DNA of 64,000 nt, from the NCBI GenBank assembly GCA_964016885.1, contig OZ024745.1, positions 57,040,001-57,104,000 of the forward strand. Direction: 5' to 3'. How positions within the stretch are numbered: the first letter of the stretch is position 1; each line of letters begins with the position of its first letter. Shown here piece after piece: positions 42,079 through 57,392 of the stretch. The position numbers were made by a program, and so were the translations under genes. Below the pieces are notes generated by a model, which was given only the letters and a program-made list of their open reading frames with translations, ran no database searches and had not been told where the DNA came from. Source of the stretch: Eledone cirrhosa (taxonomy: Eukaryota).

Positions 42079-43448
42079 ATTAAATTTGATGTGTAGTTGT
42101 GTATATGCCTCTGTGTGTATTAGTGTGTATGTATGTTTGTTCATCAAATTTAATTAAGACAATGAATTTTGAATCAGCTAGACTTGAACTTGGTGATGAA
42201 GTTATACATGTTAAAGCTGAGGTTTTATCTGGGAGTTATCCCAGTTTTCTGAGTTGCCTTCTGGAAGAATGCCCTGACAAAGGCTAAGAGTCCTTGGATT
42301 AACCACGCGATCGTGTATCCAGCCCGATTATTTCTATGTCCCCGTGCATAAATACATACATACGTACGTACATATATACGTACGTACATACATACATACG
42401 AAGCCTTTCTTCCATATGCTCGCAGAAAATGTGAGAAATAAATACCACATCAGACTAGTTATATATTCTTTTCAAATGTTAAATATTTCCATAATTTACT
42501 TAAGTAATGCCAGTTAAAACGTAAATATATAACGCGGAATGTATAAATAAAATTTAACGAAAACATATTTCAAGCTTTCAGAAAGACATACCTCTGGAAA
42601 ATATAATTTAAAACCTCTGCTTTGTTAAGAAACTTAAGAGGAAATGTATTCACTTGGTGGGAGCATTACACTGTAATCATACCTCTTCTGATGCCCATAT
42701 ATATGTTATTTTATCAACTATATATCGTTATAAAAGTACGTATTGCCGTGGCATTTCTTTTACATGTGTGCAATAGTATAGAGAGTGAATTCGAACCCGA
42801 GATCAAGAACGGACGACCAGAGACATAAAACCACCTATGTTCTGTAGTGTATTCTTTCACACAACACCGTTTAAATAGAGAAGTAACTATCTACCTTTAT
42901 CTATTATTTCCCTTAACATATTATCAGTGCAAAAAAAAAAAAATTAGATAATCAAATGATTCATAGTATTATACATATATATATGTTTACCCTGAAACCT
43001 TTAACAATAGTAGCCAAATCGCCCCCTATAATCTACCCATTAAGAATTACTGAATTACGTAATTCTAGATACACACTTAAGACCGGATAGTGATGGCGTG
43101 AATCACTCTGCTCTGAGTAAAGATACTCCTCACACTCTAATTGTCAACAACATCTATGGGTACTGGTTCTCTTAATTGGGTCATGTATTTAAATTCAAAT
43201 AATATGAATTCTCAACTAAAGAGCACAGCTGTTGCAGAGTAAGCACTGTAAGCTATACCATACCTATGATCTACGCTCTCTCTAAATGTTATATATCAAA
43301 ATATGTTACAAACCTAAATAGCATATATTACCAAACATAGGTGGCAATCGCGTACTCTTATGTTATAAGTAAACAGCACCACCTCATGCTATGATTCCTT
43401 CCATATACTGTACCAATTGTGTTGTTCTTCCTGTTTACTCTGAGATGC

Positions 43449-43480
<32 letters not shown>

Positions 43481-43985
43481 AGTGTTGTTTGGTTGTATAT
43501 ATCTATATTCAGGTCGAATTTGCATTAAAAATTTGTTTTGAAAGTGAACAGTTTCAAACCGAGTAATGTACATGTACACAATATTTTCGCGTACGGCTGC
43601 ATAGTAAAGTATACATATGTTTACTCATTGAATACTATGTTACTGTGGATTGTAATAGGTCCATTCACATTTTGCTGACATTACGATCCATTACTAGCTA
43701 TTTTGAAGGTAACAGTCAACATATTAACGAGTCAAACAAAACTATATTCAGGTAGTGAAGTAACATGTTGATTGCATTGATTTTCTGTAGTAAAAACATC
43801 ATTGGTATCGAAATATATTTAACATTACTGTAATGAAAGACACGCCGAGATAAAGAGAAATACACGATACACTAATACAAAAACATATATATGCTTTCTT
43901 CTTCTTCTTCTTCTTCTGGGGGTGTCGTGGGGGCAGACTTCTAAATCACGCATTCCAGCGGTCGGTTCCTGCCAGAAGCATATAC

Positions 43986-44092
<107 letters not shown>

Positions 44093-44644
44093 GTTGAGAG
44101 GGTGTGAGTGTGAGCGTGGCTGTACAGCCAAGGAGTTCTGCCAGTTCGAGATCAACTCTACAGGCACGGAAGTGCTATCAGATGGACCTGGCCGAGGAGC
44201 ATGCAAAGTGACAAAACCATGCTGCATTCACTCATCGAGGGTTCTTGTATTACTGACTTGTGGAGTTAGGTCGTACAGCTGCTGTTGCGTGTGTGTCCTT
44301 AGTGAAGGTCGCCCCGCACCCTTTTTTGCCTGGAAGCGCAGGCAATTCTACTCTGTCTGCTGGCAGTAGCAAAAGAGGTTGTGTGGTGGATTAGCTTGAA
44401 AGGCAAAATCGTCGTTGACTTTTTTATGTTTCACTTGGAAAGGAAGTTTGGGTGGAGAGGGAAGTGCTGCAACAGTGCCTTTGCTAAAATGCAGATGAAT
44501 GTGGCAAGAATGGCCCTTGTGAATGGGCTTACTCTGAGCATGTGCCTGTAGGCTGGTTAATTTTAGGGAAAGAGGGGTGCCCTTTCCGGGTGCCCTCGAA
44601 GCGTCACTTACCATGAATAAGTTAAATTCTGTGGCAAATAAAAC

Positions 44645-44853
44645 AATATAATAATTGTTACTACTTTTAGCACAGGGCCAGCAATCCCAGTGCATTACTG
44701 GTGCTTTATTTTATCGACTCTGTAAGGATGAAAGGCAAAGTTAACCTCGGCGGGATTTGAACTCATACCGTAAAGGGCCGTAACTCTATGCTGCAAAGCA
44801 TGGCGTCCGACCCTTTACCGATACTGCCAATCCACTACTCTTAATATAATAAT
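44645..44853 (-). mobile_element. tRNA/Deu-Nin SINE with 11-bp TSD
   Basis: TSD AATATAATAAT at 44645-44655 and 44843-44853. Confidence 0.88.
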
Positions 44854-46685
44854 CATGCTGGTTGTGATAACGATGATCATGATGATGATATACAAATATA
44901 TATAGGTGTGTGGGTGTATGCGTGCACGCGTGTGTGTGAGTAGAAACATGTTTGTATGCGTGTCCATAACTTTCATGTTTGCATATACATGATATTTTGT
45001 CTGTATGAATTCTTTCGTTATGTAAAGTGTTTTAGTTATTACGGTGTGTATATTCATTAGCTCTTTTATTCATGTATTCGTTATAATTATTTTGTTTGTC
45101 ATTTCCGTTTGGCTGGAACATAAATATTCCTGGAAGGCATATTACAAATGGCGTTTTGTGTTGTCATTTGTAATGTAGCCGAAGCTGTTGAGAATGCATA
45201 TTATCTCTTTTTTATTCACTGTCACCTGGCATTATATAATGCAAGGATCATTTCAGCAATCAAGAAATATATTTGCCATCAGCTCTAGAATAAATTTCAT
45301 TCTGCAATACTCGATGTGTCTGTTTAGAGTCTTATTAGAGATTGCTTTCAATATGGACTCGATAACAAGCGTCACAGATTTTCGTTTCTTAACAGTGGTG
45401 GCATCATGTAATACTTCATACACACTTTAGTTTAATGTTGGTTATCTAAATATATTGTTATAGAAGATCGTGGTTGCTCTATATTGCTGTACGTGAGCAT
45501 TGATCCAGTAGATATATAATTAAAATCATTCAGAAATACCTAAGAGGCATCTTTCGTTTTATTTTGCTTTATGTTAAAATGTGATATAGAGACTGGAATT
45601 CGTGTTTCTTAAATTTCAAGAGGAGACAGTGGGCGATGTTTAGGGCATAGACGAGATAGTACGTAAAAGAGAAACAGAGGCGAGCTTCGGGAAGATTCTC
45701 GTCAAAAGAGTGGATCGGGTAGAGAGTTAAGCAGATATCTGGTCACAAGCGTGGGCGTGTAAATTTGAGTTTGAATACTGGGTAGAATAGAAGTCAGACT
45801 ATTAGATGCTAAACTCTCTAGGAATGTGACGGCAATAGCGCGTGAGTGTGTTTTATTTGAAAATGGGTTTGGAGAGATGTAAGGTGGATGCAAATAGGAA
45901 CAAATGGGTGCAGGAAAGTTTTGAGAGTAAAATGAATCTGACGGTCGAAATATTTCTTATTGGATATGCTGGAGTATGCGAGGGTGGCGTGCGTAGAAAT
46001 TGGTTAGAAAAAAAAGTGAGGGTGTCATATAGTGGGGAAAAATGTGAAATGAACGGAAATGCTAAGAAGAAAAACGAGAGAAGGGTAAGATGAGAGACAG
46101 GAAGAGAGTCAAAGACATTCATGAGAGGGAAGAGTAGATTGACAAGAAAAATAGTGGTAGGAAACGTCGTGGTGAGTCGTGCGATATGAGTGTTATGCAA
46201 AAACAGTAAAAATAGTCGCGTAATTATAAGGGATTACCGGATACATATTAAATGGGATACAGATAAGAATAAAACGTGAACATCTGGAGTAGACATCCAT
46301 CGAATTAAGCGTGTCAGAGTAAGCGTTACTTTATATCAACGAAGATAGGAGGACTTCACCTGTTTTCAGTTAGCCATGTTTTAAATTGAACAATTTAGAG
46401 CGAAGATAAAGTATTGCATATATGTGTGCATGTTTATTTATATTTGAGGGGTTATTTTGTATGGATTTTGTTTATGAATTCTAGCATAATTGCACGCGCA
46501 ATTGCTGATCAACTAAGAGAAATTACAGGGGTTTTGTGAAACCGATACTAAGATGTGGAAGCGTACAATTGTTGTGAGTAATTGCCTATGTATGCCCTCA
46601 CACATTTCACCTCGTTCAACCCTTATACATCCAGATACACACATTCATACCTGCGCATGCGCAAGCACGCAATACACGCACACAT

Positions 46686-46706
46686 GTGTATATATATATA
46701 TATTCG

Positions 46707-46760
<54 letters not shown>

Positions 46761-46810
46761 TGTATATATATAACTATATATATATATATATATACATGTT
46801 TGTATATATA

Positions 46811-46857
<47 letters not shown>

Positions 46858-46860
46858 GTT

Positions 46861-46907
<47 letters not shown>

Positions 46908-47016
46908 GTTTGTATATATATATATATTTGTATATATATATATATATATATATATACATGTTTGTATATATATATATATATATACATGTTTGTATATATA
47001 TATATATATATATATT

Positions 47017-47073
<57 letters not shown>

Positions 47074-47085
47074 ATATATATATTT
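46686..47085. repeat. Higher-order minisatellite of (TA)n punctuated by CATGTTTG/TTTG
   Basis: Directly visible. Confidence 0.9.
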
Positions 47086-47139
47086 ATTAAAATAACAGAT
47101 TAAAGTTTAAGTCTTCAAATTTATTATTATTACTATATT

Positions 47140-47227
<88 letters not shown>

Positions 47228-47311
47228 ATATTTATATATAAAAATTATAAAAATTATAAAATTATAAAAAATAAACCAAAGAAGCCTCCAAAACATGAAA
47301 AGTCTTTATTA

Positions 47312-47349
47312 GCCAACAATGTTTCGTCCTATTAAGGACTCATCAGGGC
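47312..47349 (-). ncRNA. Minimal type I hammerhead ribozyme in a rearranged PLE-type end (~47240-47770)
   Basis: Minus: GCC-CTGATGA-GTCCT TAAT AGGAC-GAAAC-ATT-GTT-GGC-TAATAAA; canonical core, GUU triplet. Confidence 0.85.
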
Positions 47350-47777
47350 AAGTAAAGCTGCAAGAAGCACTAACGGCCAATACAAGCCAAAAACTCAGAA
47401 GAATATGGACTATAAATCTATTAAAGCTTAGGAAAGATATCAAGGAAAAGTTGGCTAAGATTAAGAGTGAGCAGTTACAAGCATAGATATAGACCAAATA
47501 GCAAGGAAGTGATTAACATGTTGAACCCACATCGCAAATATTGTATAATGCAAAAACTTGAAACACAAACGGTAATATAATGCGAGAATTACAGTACGAT
47601 AATACATATATATATTCTATATCGTACTGTAATTCTCGCCTTTTGGTGTATTGAAGGCTTCTTTGGTTTATTTTTTATAATTCTTCGGCTCTGTTGAGCT
47701 ATATCTTATACTATCATTTCTATAATATGAAGAGGGTGTTTAACTCCAACACACTCTAGTATTTTAATTCTTATATT

Positions 47778-48738
<961 letters not shown>

Positions 48739-48757
48739 GTATATATATATATATATT

Positions 48758-49602
<845 letters not shown>

Positions 49603-49762
49603 ATATATATCTATATATATATTATAAATATAATCTATCGCCGTATTTTGACTAAAGAAATTAAAGACATTATTTAGCCTTATAGTGGGGTTAAGTATCC
49701 TCGGAGAAATGGAAAAAGCTGAGTATTGACGTACGTGTACGTCACTACTGATCTTTTGAGAC

Positions 49763-49839
<77 letters not shown>

Positions 49840-50036
49840 AAGATATATATATACATAGGGACATTTCTGAATCAGGTCACGCATGCAAATGACCATTACG
49901 GATGATATGCGCATTTTCCAGGCGAAAACGAAGAAGAGTGCCCCCCGTAATAGATGCCGAAATGATCAGTAAATATTAACGCCCGTTAAAAATGATGTCT
50001 GTTGAGATCGCCACGAAAGATGGAATAAGGATACAT

Positions 50037-50117
<81 letters not shown>

Positions 50118-50416
50118 GAGAGAGTGAGTGAGAGAGAGAGAGGGTGGGGTGGGGGGATGTGTGATAAGTGATTTTCTATATATTTGGCCATCTGAATAAA
50201 TGTGTGTGTGTGTCTGGTGCAATGCACCATTATTTCAATGAGAATCATTAATTATTTTACCCTGTTTATATTTTAATCAATGTCTCAGATACCCATATAT
50301 GTTAAACAATCTCTTATAATTTTTATACTATATCAATAAAAGTAGTTTCCTAACACACCATACCCAACAAAATATTTCTATAGACATGTACACGTATATA
50401 TATATATATATACACT

Positions 50417-50461
<45 letters not shown>

Positions 50462-50499
50462 GAAAGGTATAGAAATTGTTTTAGCGAGAAGCTAACAGT

Positions 50500-50558
<59 letters not shown>

Positions 50559-50766
50559 TTTCTGAATTTGTTTAGCAAGATTCTTTATCTGAAATCGTGT
50601 GTTGAAATCGATATTGTTATACTTTGGGAGGGTCATGTTGCCAATAAGAAACACACGCACCAGTTGCTTTCACTTCAATTTATTATAATAAATTTATAAT
50701 AAATTTATAAATTTATAAATTTCTGGTTGGCTGGTTGGTTCCACAACCAAATAGTTGTTTATATAT

Positions 50767-50811
50767 AGTCATAGTTCTTTCGTCACACACTCTGTGACCT
50801 GTTCAGTGACT
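50767..50811 (-). ncRNA. Hammerhead motif in the 3' pseudo-LTR (G8C mutation)
   Basis: Minus: AGTCA-CTGAACA-G-GTCACA gagtg TGTGAC-GAAA-GAA-CTA-TGACT. Confidence 0.7.
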
Positions 50812-51011
50812 GGGGATGCCTTTCTTTGTTTCTGTGCCTCTCCTTTGTTCTGTCCTACGCCATTTTGTTACTGTGTGTGTGTTGTGTGCTCAGTCTGCGC
50901 ATGCGCCACATCCGGGTGTCTGTGTGTGTTTATGTTCATTTATTTATTTGTTTATTTACATGTTACTGGTTGGTTGTTTGTTCTATGTGTGTGTGTGTTT
51001 TCATTTTGTCC

Positions 51012-52890
51012 TTAATTGTAAGTTGTGATGTTGCTGTTCCACTCATATTTTCTGTTTAATTTTGGTTGTAATTCTTTTATGTTTATTGCCTCTGTAATTT
51101 GTCTAAAGATTGCGTCTTTTCTGTGTGTAGATTCTATTTTTATTTCTATGTTCTCTAATTTACCCTTGTGTTCTATTTTAGCATGTTGGTAGAGTACAGA
51201 TGATTCTTTACTATCTTGAAGGTCTCGCCAGTGTTCATTTATCCGTTCCCCTACACTACGAGCTGTCTCACCTATGTTTTTGTCTCTATATGTTTGTCTC
51301 TACATTGTCCTTCAGTACATCTTATGCTATACACTACATTTCTAGTTTTACAGTTAATATGTGGGCTTATTTTACAAGTTATACATTTCTTATCTATACA
51401 TGAGGGTCTTTGAAAAGGGTATGTCTTGCTAATAAGTGTTTTTACGGAGGTACCTGGTCTTTCTACTATCTTAATATTGAGTTTATGTTTATTTAGGGCC
51501 CTTCTAAATTTGTAAGCTAATTCACCTCTAGGGGTTGTATCGATGAACATTACACTCTGGTATTTATTGCTATCATACCATGAGTTTATTTTATTAGCCT
51601 TGTTCCTAGTTCTTTCTATTCTATTCCAAAATTTGCTCCTATACAAGGGGCAGGTCCCATTTATGTCATTATTTACCATTTTTTCCCATTTAGTTCTGGC
51701 TCCTCTATACACTCTGATTTTATCTCTCTGATTGTAGCCAGAGAACTGCATACGGTGGATGAAGTGTTGTATGTGTCTCTCTAGTTCTTCGGGGTTGCAC
51801 ATGCGGGACACGTTTCTCATCACCCGTACCAAATCCGCAATCAGTATGTTGATTTTGGTATGGTCCGAAACGGCCGAGTTTCGGTGGATCCGATGTTTGG
51901 AAGTCATTGGTTTGGCATAATGGGAATGGAGGATTTGTTTTTTGTTATTAATGGTATCTAACCAGAGCTCTGTGTCTAGTACAGGTAATCGATGGTTGGG
52001 GTGTTTACTTGGGTAGTCTATAGTAACTCTAATCCTCTGCTGGATGGAGTTAGCTATTTGCTGGATGCTTTCCATTGTGTTTTTCTCTAGTTCCTGACTG
52101 TTCTCTAGTGGGGGTGTCTTAACTACGATGTTTATATCATCAACGTAGCGGGAGTACATTATCATGTTTAAGGGGTCTTCTAATTGTTCTTTAAGTTTAA
52201 GTTTAAGTCTACTGTCCCACCATACCATGAATAAGTTAGCTATGTCGCCTGCAATGCTAACACCAATGGCTGTTCCTTCCTCTTGGGCATATGTGTTTCC
52301 ATTAAATTTGAACATATGTTCCTTAAGGGTTAGTTTTATGCTGGCCCCTACCGCATGTGCAATCATTTTCATCAGTTCATCGTGGTTTTCGCGTGTCCGT
52401 ATGGCTCTGGTCCACCCGTTCCATCTATCTGTTTGGGTTTTCTTGGCCATTGAGGTAATGGTAGGTGGTCTGCCTCTTGCTGGTCTTGTAGGGCACAGGT
52501 TGCTAAGGTCATATGTGTCTAGCTAATTATTACTATAGGTAAGTTTAAGTAGGAGTCCCAGCTCACTGGTATCAATCCCACGGAACTCAACATTGCTCTC
52601 ACTGATCATTTCTACGCATTTCTCCACAGCAAAATCCACGTCAATAGATGGATACAGGGACACAACATCCATACTACCTATTACGCAGTTTGCTAGGTCC
52701 CTAGATCGGTTACTCACGCCGATTCTGCTGAGGAGGTCCTCCGTGCTGTCACATACATCTGTGGACATTTCAATGATGGGGCGTATGATCATGGAGAGGA
52801 AGTAGGACAGTCTGTAGTTACTAGCAACGTTAGCTCCACAGACTGGCCGTGTTGGTGGTCCCGCGACAGGGTCACTGCCCGTTTTATGTT
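51012..52890 (-). pseudogene. PLE RT-GIY-YIG ORF with one in-frame TAG (52523-52525) and one frameshift (~51280)
   Basis: RPVCGA...SMDVVSLYPSI...CPTRPARGRPPTIT...QEEGTAIG...RYVDD...LPVLD...CIDKKCITC...VVYSIRC, then after the shift IGETARSVGERINEH...EAINIKELQPKLNRKYEW. Confidence 0.92.
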
Positions 52891-53161
52891 CTTTTCAAGA
52901 ATTACAACCAGATTTAAACAGAAAATATGAGTGGAACAGCAACATCACAACTTACAATTAAGGACAAAATGAAAACACACACACAGATAGAACAAACAAC
53001 CAACCAGTAACATGTAAATAAACAAATAAATAAATGAACATAAACACACACAGGCACCCGGATGTGGCGCATGCGCAGACTGAGCACACAACACACACAC
53101 AGAAACAAAATGGCGTAGGACAGAACAAAGGAGAGGCACAGAAACAAAGAAAGGAATCCCC

Positions 53162-53206
53162 AGTTACTGAAGAGGTCACAGAGTGTGTGACGAAAGAACT
53201 ATGATT
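53162..53206 (+). ncRNA. Hammerhead ribozyme in the inverted pseudo-LTR (intact core)
   Basis: AGTTA-CTGAAGA-G-GTCACA gagtg TGTGAC-GAAA-GAA-CTA-TGATT; stem I is kept by G.U wobbles. Confidence 0.8.
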
Positions 53207-53422
53207 ATATATAAACAACTATCTGGTTGTGGAACCAACCAACCAACCAACCAGAAATTTATAAATTTATAAATTTATTATAAATTTATTATAATAAATT
53301 GAAGTGAAAGCAACTGGTGCGTGTGTTTCTTATTGGCAACATGACCCTCCCAAAGTATAACAATATATATATATATATATATATATATTGTTATACTTTG
53401 GGAGGGTCATGTTGCCAATAAG

Positions 53423-53484
<62 letters not shown>

Positions 53485-53654
53485 ATACTTTGGGAGGGTT
53501 ATGTTGCCAATAAGAAACACACACACCAGAGTATAACAATATCGGTTTCAACACACGTTTTCAGATAAAGAATCTTGCTAAACAAATTCAGAAACGAAAT
53601 ATATATATGTATGTATGTGTGTGTGTGTGTGTAAAATTTAAGATAGAAATGGCT

Positions 53655-53842
53655 TGGTTCCTACAGGAGTAGAACTGTTTTATTCGAATGTAACCACCGG
53701 GGATTTGCCGAAGATTGTTTCCGAATGAAACAGTTCTAATCCTATAGAAGCGTATTGTCTATTAAATTTGATGTTGACACACTTCTAATGTCTTGAGTAC
53801 CTTACTTACTCTGGTTACCCCAGATTGTCCCCGGGACTTACT
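53655..53842 (+). mobile_element. Decayed HHR-bearing element with inverted 5' piece; homolog of 60645-60790
   Basis: CCGAAGA...GAAT-GAAAC-AG-TTCTAATC-CT-ATA at 53708-53746; the tail TTGAGTACCTTACTTACTCTGGTTACC matches the reverse complement of ~60668-60694; inverted arm at 53660-53687. Confidence 0.6.
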
Positions 53843-54023
53843 CACACACACACGCATATATATATATATATATATAGACTGGGGTGTCGCCGAGTTTTGT
53901 TTCGTGTGGGTTGTGGAGTGTAACAAAACGTCTTTTATAGATATAGTACACAAATTATCACAATATATGTGTATGTTTCACATATATGGGTAACCTGAGA
54001 AACATTAATTAAAATATAAACAT

Positions 54024-54083
<60 letters not shown>

Positions 54084-54303
54084 TATATACTTATATGTGT
54101 GTATCTGCGTGTACATAATTACGCGACTATGAGTCTGTTTCTAAGTGTATGTATGTGTGTGAATATGTATGCATTTAGGAGTTTGTGTTTCCAACCACTT
54201 TGTAAATTACATTCTGATCAATTGTATTCTAAGTCATCGAACGAGCTGAATATTTACAATAAAAAAATTTAAAAAATGAAGACAATAACTACAATTATCA
54301 TAA

Positions 54304-54760
54304 ACTAGCATAGGTACCCGGCGTTGTTCGGGTATTAAATACCAGTTATGTATACCATTTATGTCAATACGTCAGTGCTGCTTGGAAAACTATACTTTTA
54401 CAAAATCATCGGCTTTTTCCAAAAGGGGGTTCCAGGCTCTAGGAGTCTCGTACTCAATATGTACCAATTCTGAAAGTTCCCATTCATCTGTAGAACAAAC
54501 GTAGCCCATGTGTCAAGTTTTGTGAAGATCGGTTGTGAACTCCAGAAGTTATGACGTTTTGTTGTATTGCACTGCAGTGCTTCAGTCGACTCCAAGGAAG
54601 TGGTTGAAGGGGGTTATCTGCCGGGAGGCCCTATAATCAATACTGGAAAAATAAAAGTGCCCATGACCATCCGGAGTACATAAGTAACTTATGTCTTAAG
54701 TTTGGTGAACATACTGTAGAAATGCATAAGGTTTACACACACACACGCGTGTGTGATATT
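54304..54760 (+). mobile_element. HINE/DINE-1-like non-autonomous Helentron element
   Basis: Starts with ACTAG plus hairpin TACCCGGCGTTGTTCGGGTA; internal AAGTTT(T/G)GTGAA motifs; CA microsatellite near the 3' end. Confidence 0.5.
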
Positions 54761-54842
54761 TGTGTGTGCGTATGTATGTGTATGTCCGTCGGCGCATACG
54801 TATGTACTGGCCTAAATCTTCACTATTTACTTTTACTATTTT

Positions 54843-54960
54843 AAGGCAAAGTTAAAATCACGTCGAGGTTAACTTTGCCTTTCATCCTTACGTGGTCGAT
54901 AAAATAAAGTACCAGTAATGTACTGGGTAATTGCTGGCCTTGTGCCAAAAGTAGCAACAA
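54843..54960 (+). mobile_element. 5'-truncated tRNA/Deu-Nin SINE with short inverted 5' piece
   Basis: GGTTAACTTTGCCTTTCATCCTTACG...GGCCTTGTGCCAAAAGTAG, preceded by the inverted AAGGCAAAGTTAA. Confidence 0.8.
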
Positions 54961-56814
54961 CTAGTTTAATAACCTTTGTCATTTTCGTTTACAATTTTAT
55001 TCACATCATTCTTAAACTCCGGGGCTGGAAATCATTCGGTTATTTTAAATTTTTAAATAGAATATTAGTCTAACGACTCCATTTACACCATAAACTTGGT
55101 CTTATCTTTGCATGAAATTGTTCTTCTCGGTCCACATAATGACGTATTATCCTCGCTTTCTTTCCGTTCATTACCAGGGAACGTCTTCACGAATCAATAT
55201 ATCGTCTTCCTGTTTTCCTTCGGTTGCAACGTTTCTCGAAATATTTAATTCTGCGTCCACAGATAGAATGTATTAGTTTAAGACCCCGTTAATGTTGAAA
55301 GCAGCGAATCTTTGCTGAAACTTTCTTTCTCAACCCCTCTCTCTCTCTTTTTATCTCTCTCTCACTCACTCATACCCCCTCTATCTCTCTCTCTTCCTCC
55401 TACAGAATGGAGAACAATAAACAACGCGCATATCTCTCTCTCTCTCTCTCTTTATATATATATGTGTTTGTGTGTGTGTTTGAACCAGCGTTCGTCGCCA
55501 TTCTCTCACTCTCTCTCTGTCTCTCTATCTGATTATCTTGTACCTCTCTCTGTATAACGACCTATCTCACTCTCTCTCTCTCTCTACATCTCCCTTTCTC
55601 TCTTTAGATGTATATGTATATGTGTGTGTGTGATATATATATATAGAGAGAGAGAGTTGCAACATGTATGTACTTTCATAAATTTTTGAGGGTATAAACA
55701 GAGCATATAAATAAATTTACAGTAGAATAACATAACAAATATATTTTAAATTAATACATAAATTACGATATTAAAGAAAATGCAAAGGTGGGGGTGAACA
55801 AGGGAGCCAACACCAGAGCAAAAGTCAGCAACGTCGCGAGTACTGGGCAACCTCTCTAATTTTGAGGCAAGCCAGCACACTCGCAGCGTTGCCTCGGGTG
55901 ATAGCGAGGCTTATGCGCTGAAATATTGTTTTAAAAGACTTTTTAATGGAAATGAAGCAACATGGAAGCTTAATGTTGAAACTTAGAACTCATGAATTTT
56001 GCAGGTTAAAATTTCGCTGGCCCGAAAACTGTTCGCGTATTTTTTCATCCTCCGCTGAAACGCCTTCTCTGTTCTGTCCTCCGGAGCCGTGGGGCGGCCA
56101 GCACGTGGGACTCCTTTGCTCATAATACAGAGAGATGTGAAGGGTGAGGCGATGAGAGTGGGAGTTCGCTTCTTCCGAGATCGGACACATTTATCAATTC
56201 TATGTTGCTGTTGATACTTAAATATCCGACCATTATTCGTTCAGTTTATTGAAAGTGTTCAGTTATTCTATGTGTGATCTATGCCAGGTCCATGAAATAG
56301 ATCTATAAATAAAACTAATATTACACATCTATACATATCGCATATTTTATTTATTTACTAAGTAAATCTTCGTTTTTTCTTAAACAAGAATTTCAAATTA
56401 ATTGAGGTTACAATAACATTTAATAGGGCATCGATTCGCGCATCACCCGGGAAATCATTTATCTAGATTATGTGGGGGTGAAGTGACGTTACATATTTTC
56501 AAATCGGGCTATCAACTTTAATGTTATTTTTTTTTGGGGGGGGGGGGGAATTGAAAACAATGCTGCGAGTGTGGGTTGAATATGATTGGGTAATTGTTCT
56601 ATATTATTCAAGATTTTTTTTTTTTTTTTTGCATTCGAATCTTTGTCATTATGCATGAAACGTTCAATAATTAATTGACATTAGCCGGAAGTTATTCGCA
56701 CACGTGCCGTTTCCTCGGAAAATAGTACAATACAAAAAATGCTACTTAAGTCAGTGTTTTTGCTCTGTATGTTAGTGTGAGATATGTAGCGGATTTGAAT
56801 GTTCTAGAACGCGT

Positions 56815-57392
56815 AGATATGGCGCATGTCTAGGACATGACTCCCTTAATTTAATTTAATTTAATTTAATTAATTTTGGATATATAAACGGCTCCTTAAT
56901 TGTAGAGCTAAATCAGTTGAAAGGACTCGCTGCTATTTATAGTTGTCGATCAACCTATTCACGCCAATGGGATGACGCTAGCATGTTGTTAGTACTTTTA
57001 GAATTGAAACACGTGCAATGGGTCACTCTCAGATTTGCATTTGATGTGTAAACACAGATAGTTAAAAATTCCCCCTTTGTTGAAGATCCAAGATTGACTA
57101 CTGTGACTTTACGGAATAATGATGAAATATATTTCTTTAATGAAATATATCCAAGGAGGATTAATCATTTTTTAAAAAGGTAATATTTGAAGCTCTAGTT
57201 AAACTTTAATTTGTTACCTACCTAGCTATGTGTGATTACACACTTTACAAATTATCCCCTGTGATAGTTTCATGTGTTTATTTTAAATATATATATATGT
57301 TAACCAATTTCTAGTTGATATAAAATGCTCGGATCTATTCATTGCAATCTTTGAGCTTATTCTACGGTGGGTATGGCGCATGTCTCGGACAT
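56815..57392. mobile_element. Diverged, circularly permuted copy of the ~544-nt element (opposite orientation to 21558)
   Basis: TATGGCGCATGTCT occurs at both ends (~56818 and ~57373); collinear with the reverse complement of 21590-22153. Confidence 0.8.

Larger units (their letters stand above)
50556..53597 (-). mobile_element. Penelope-like element, 5'-truncated, with inverted pseudo-LTR (50556-51077 vs 52897-53597)
   Basis: RT plus C-terminal GIY-YIG on minus; the 3'-terminal ~520 bp is duplicated in inverted orientation at the 5' end; (TA)n flanks. Confidence 0.95.

Noticed and set aside
42270-42335. CTGACAA-AGGCT...AGCC HHR-like fold
   Set aside because: No GAAA box and no stem I.
52523-52525. 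In-frame stop in the PLE RT as possible selenocysteine recoding (as in Naiads)
   Set aside because: The codon is TAG, not TGA, and the endonuclease is C-terminal; a simple nonsense mutation is more likely.
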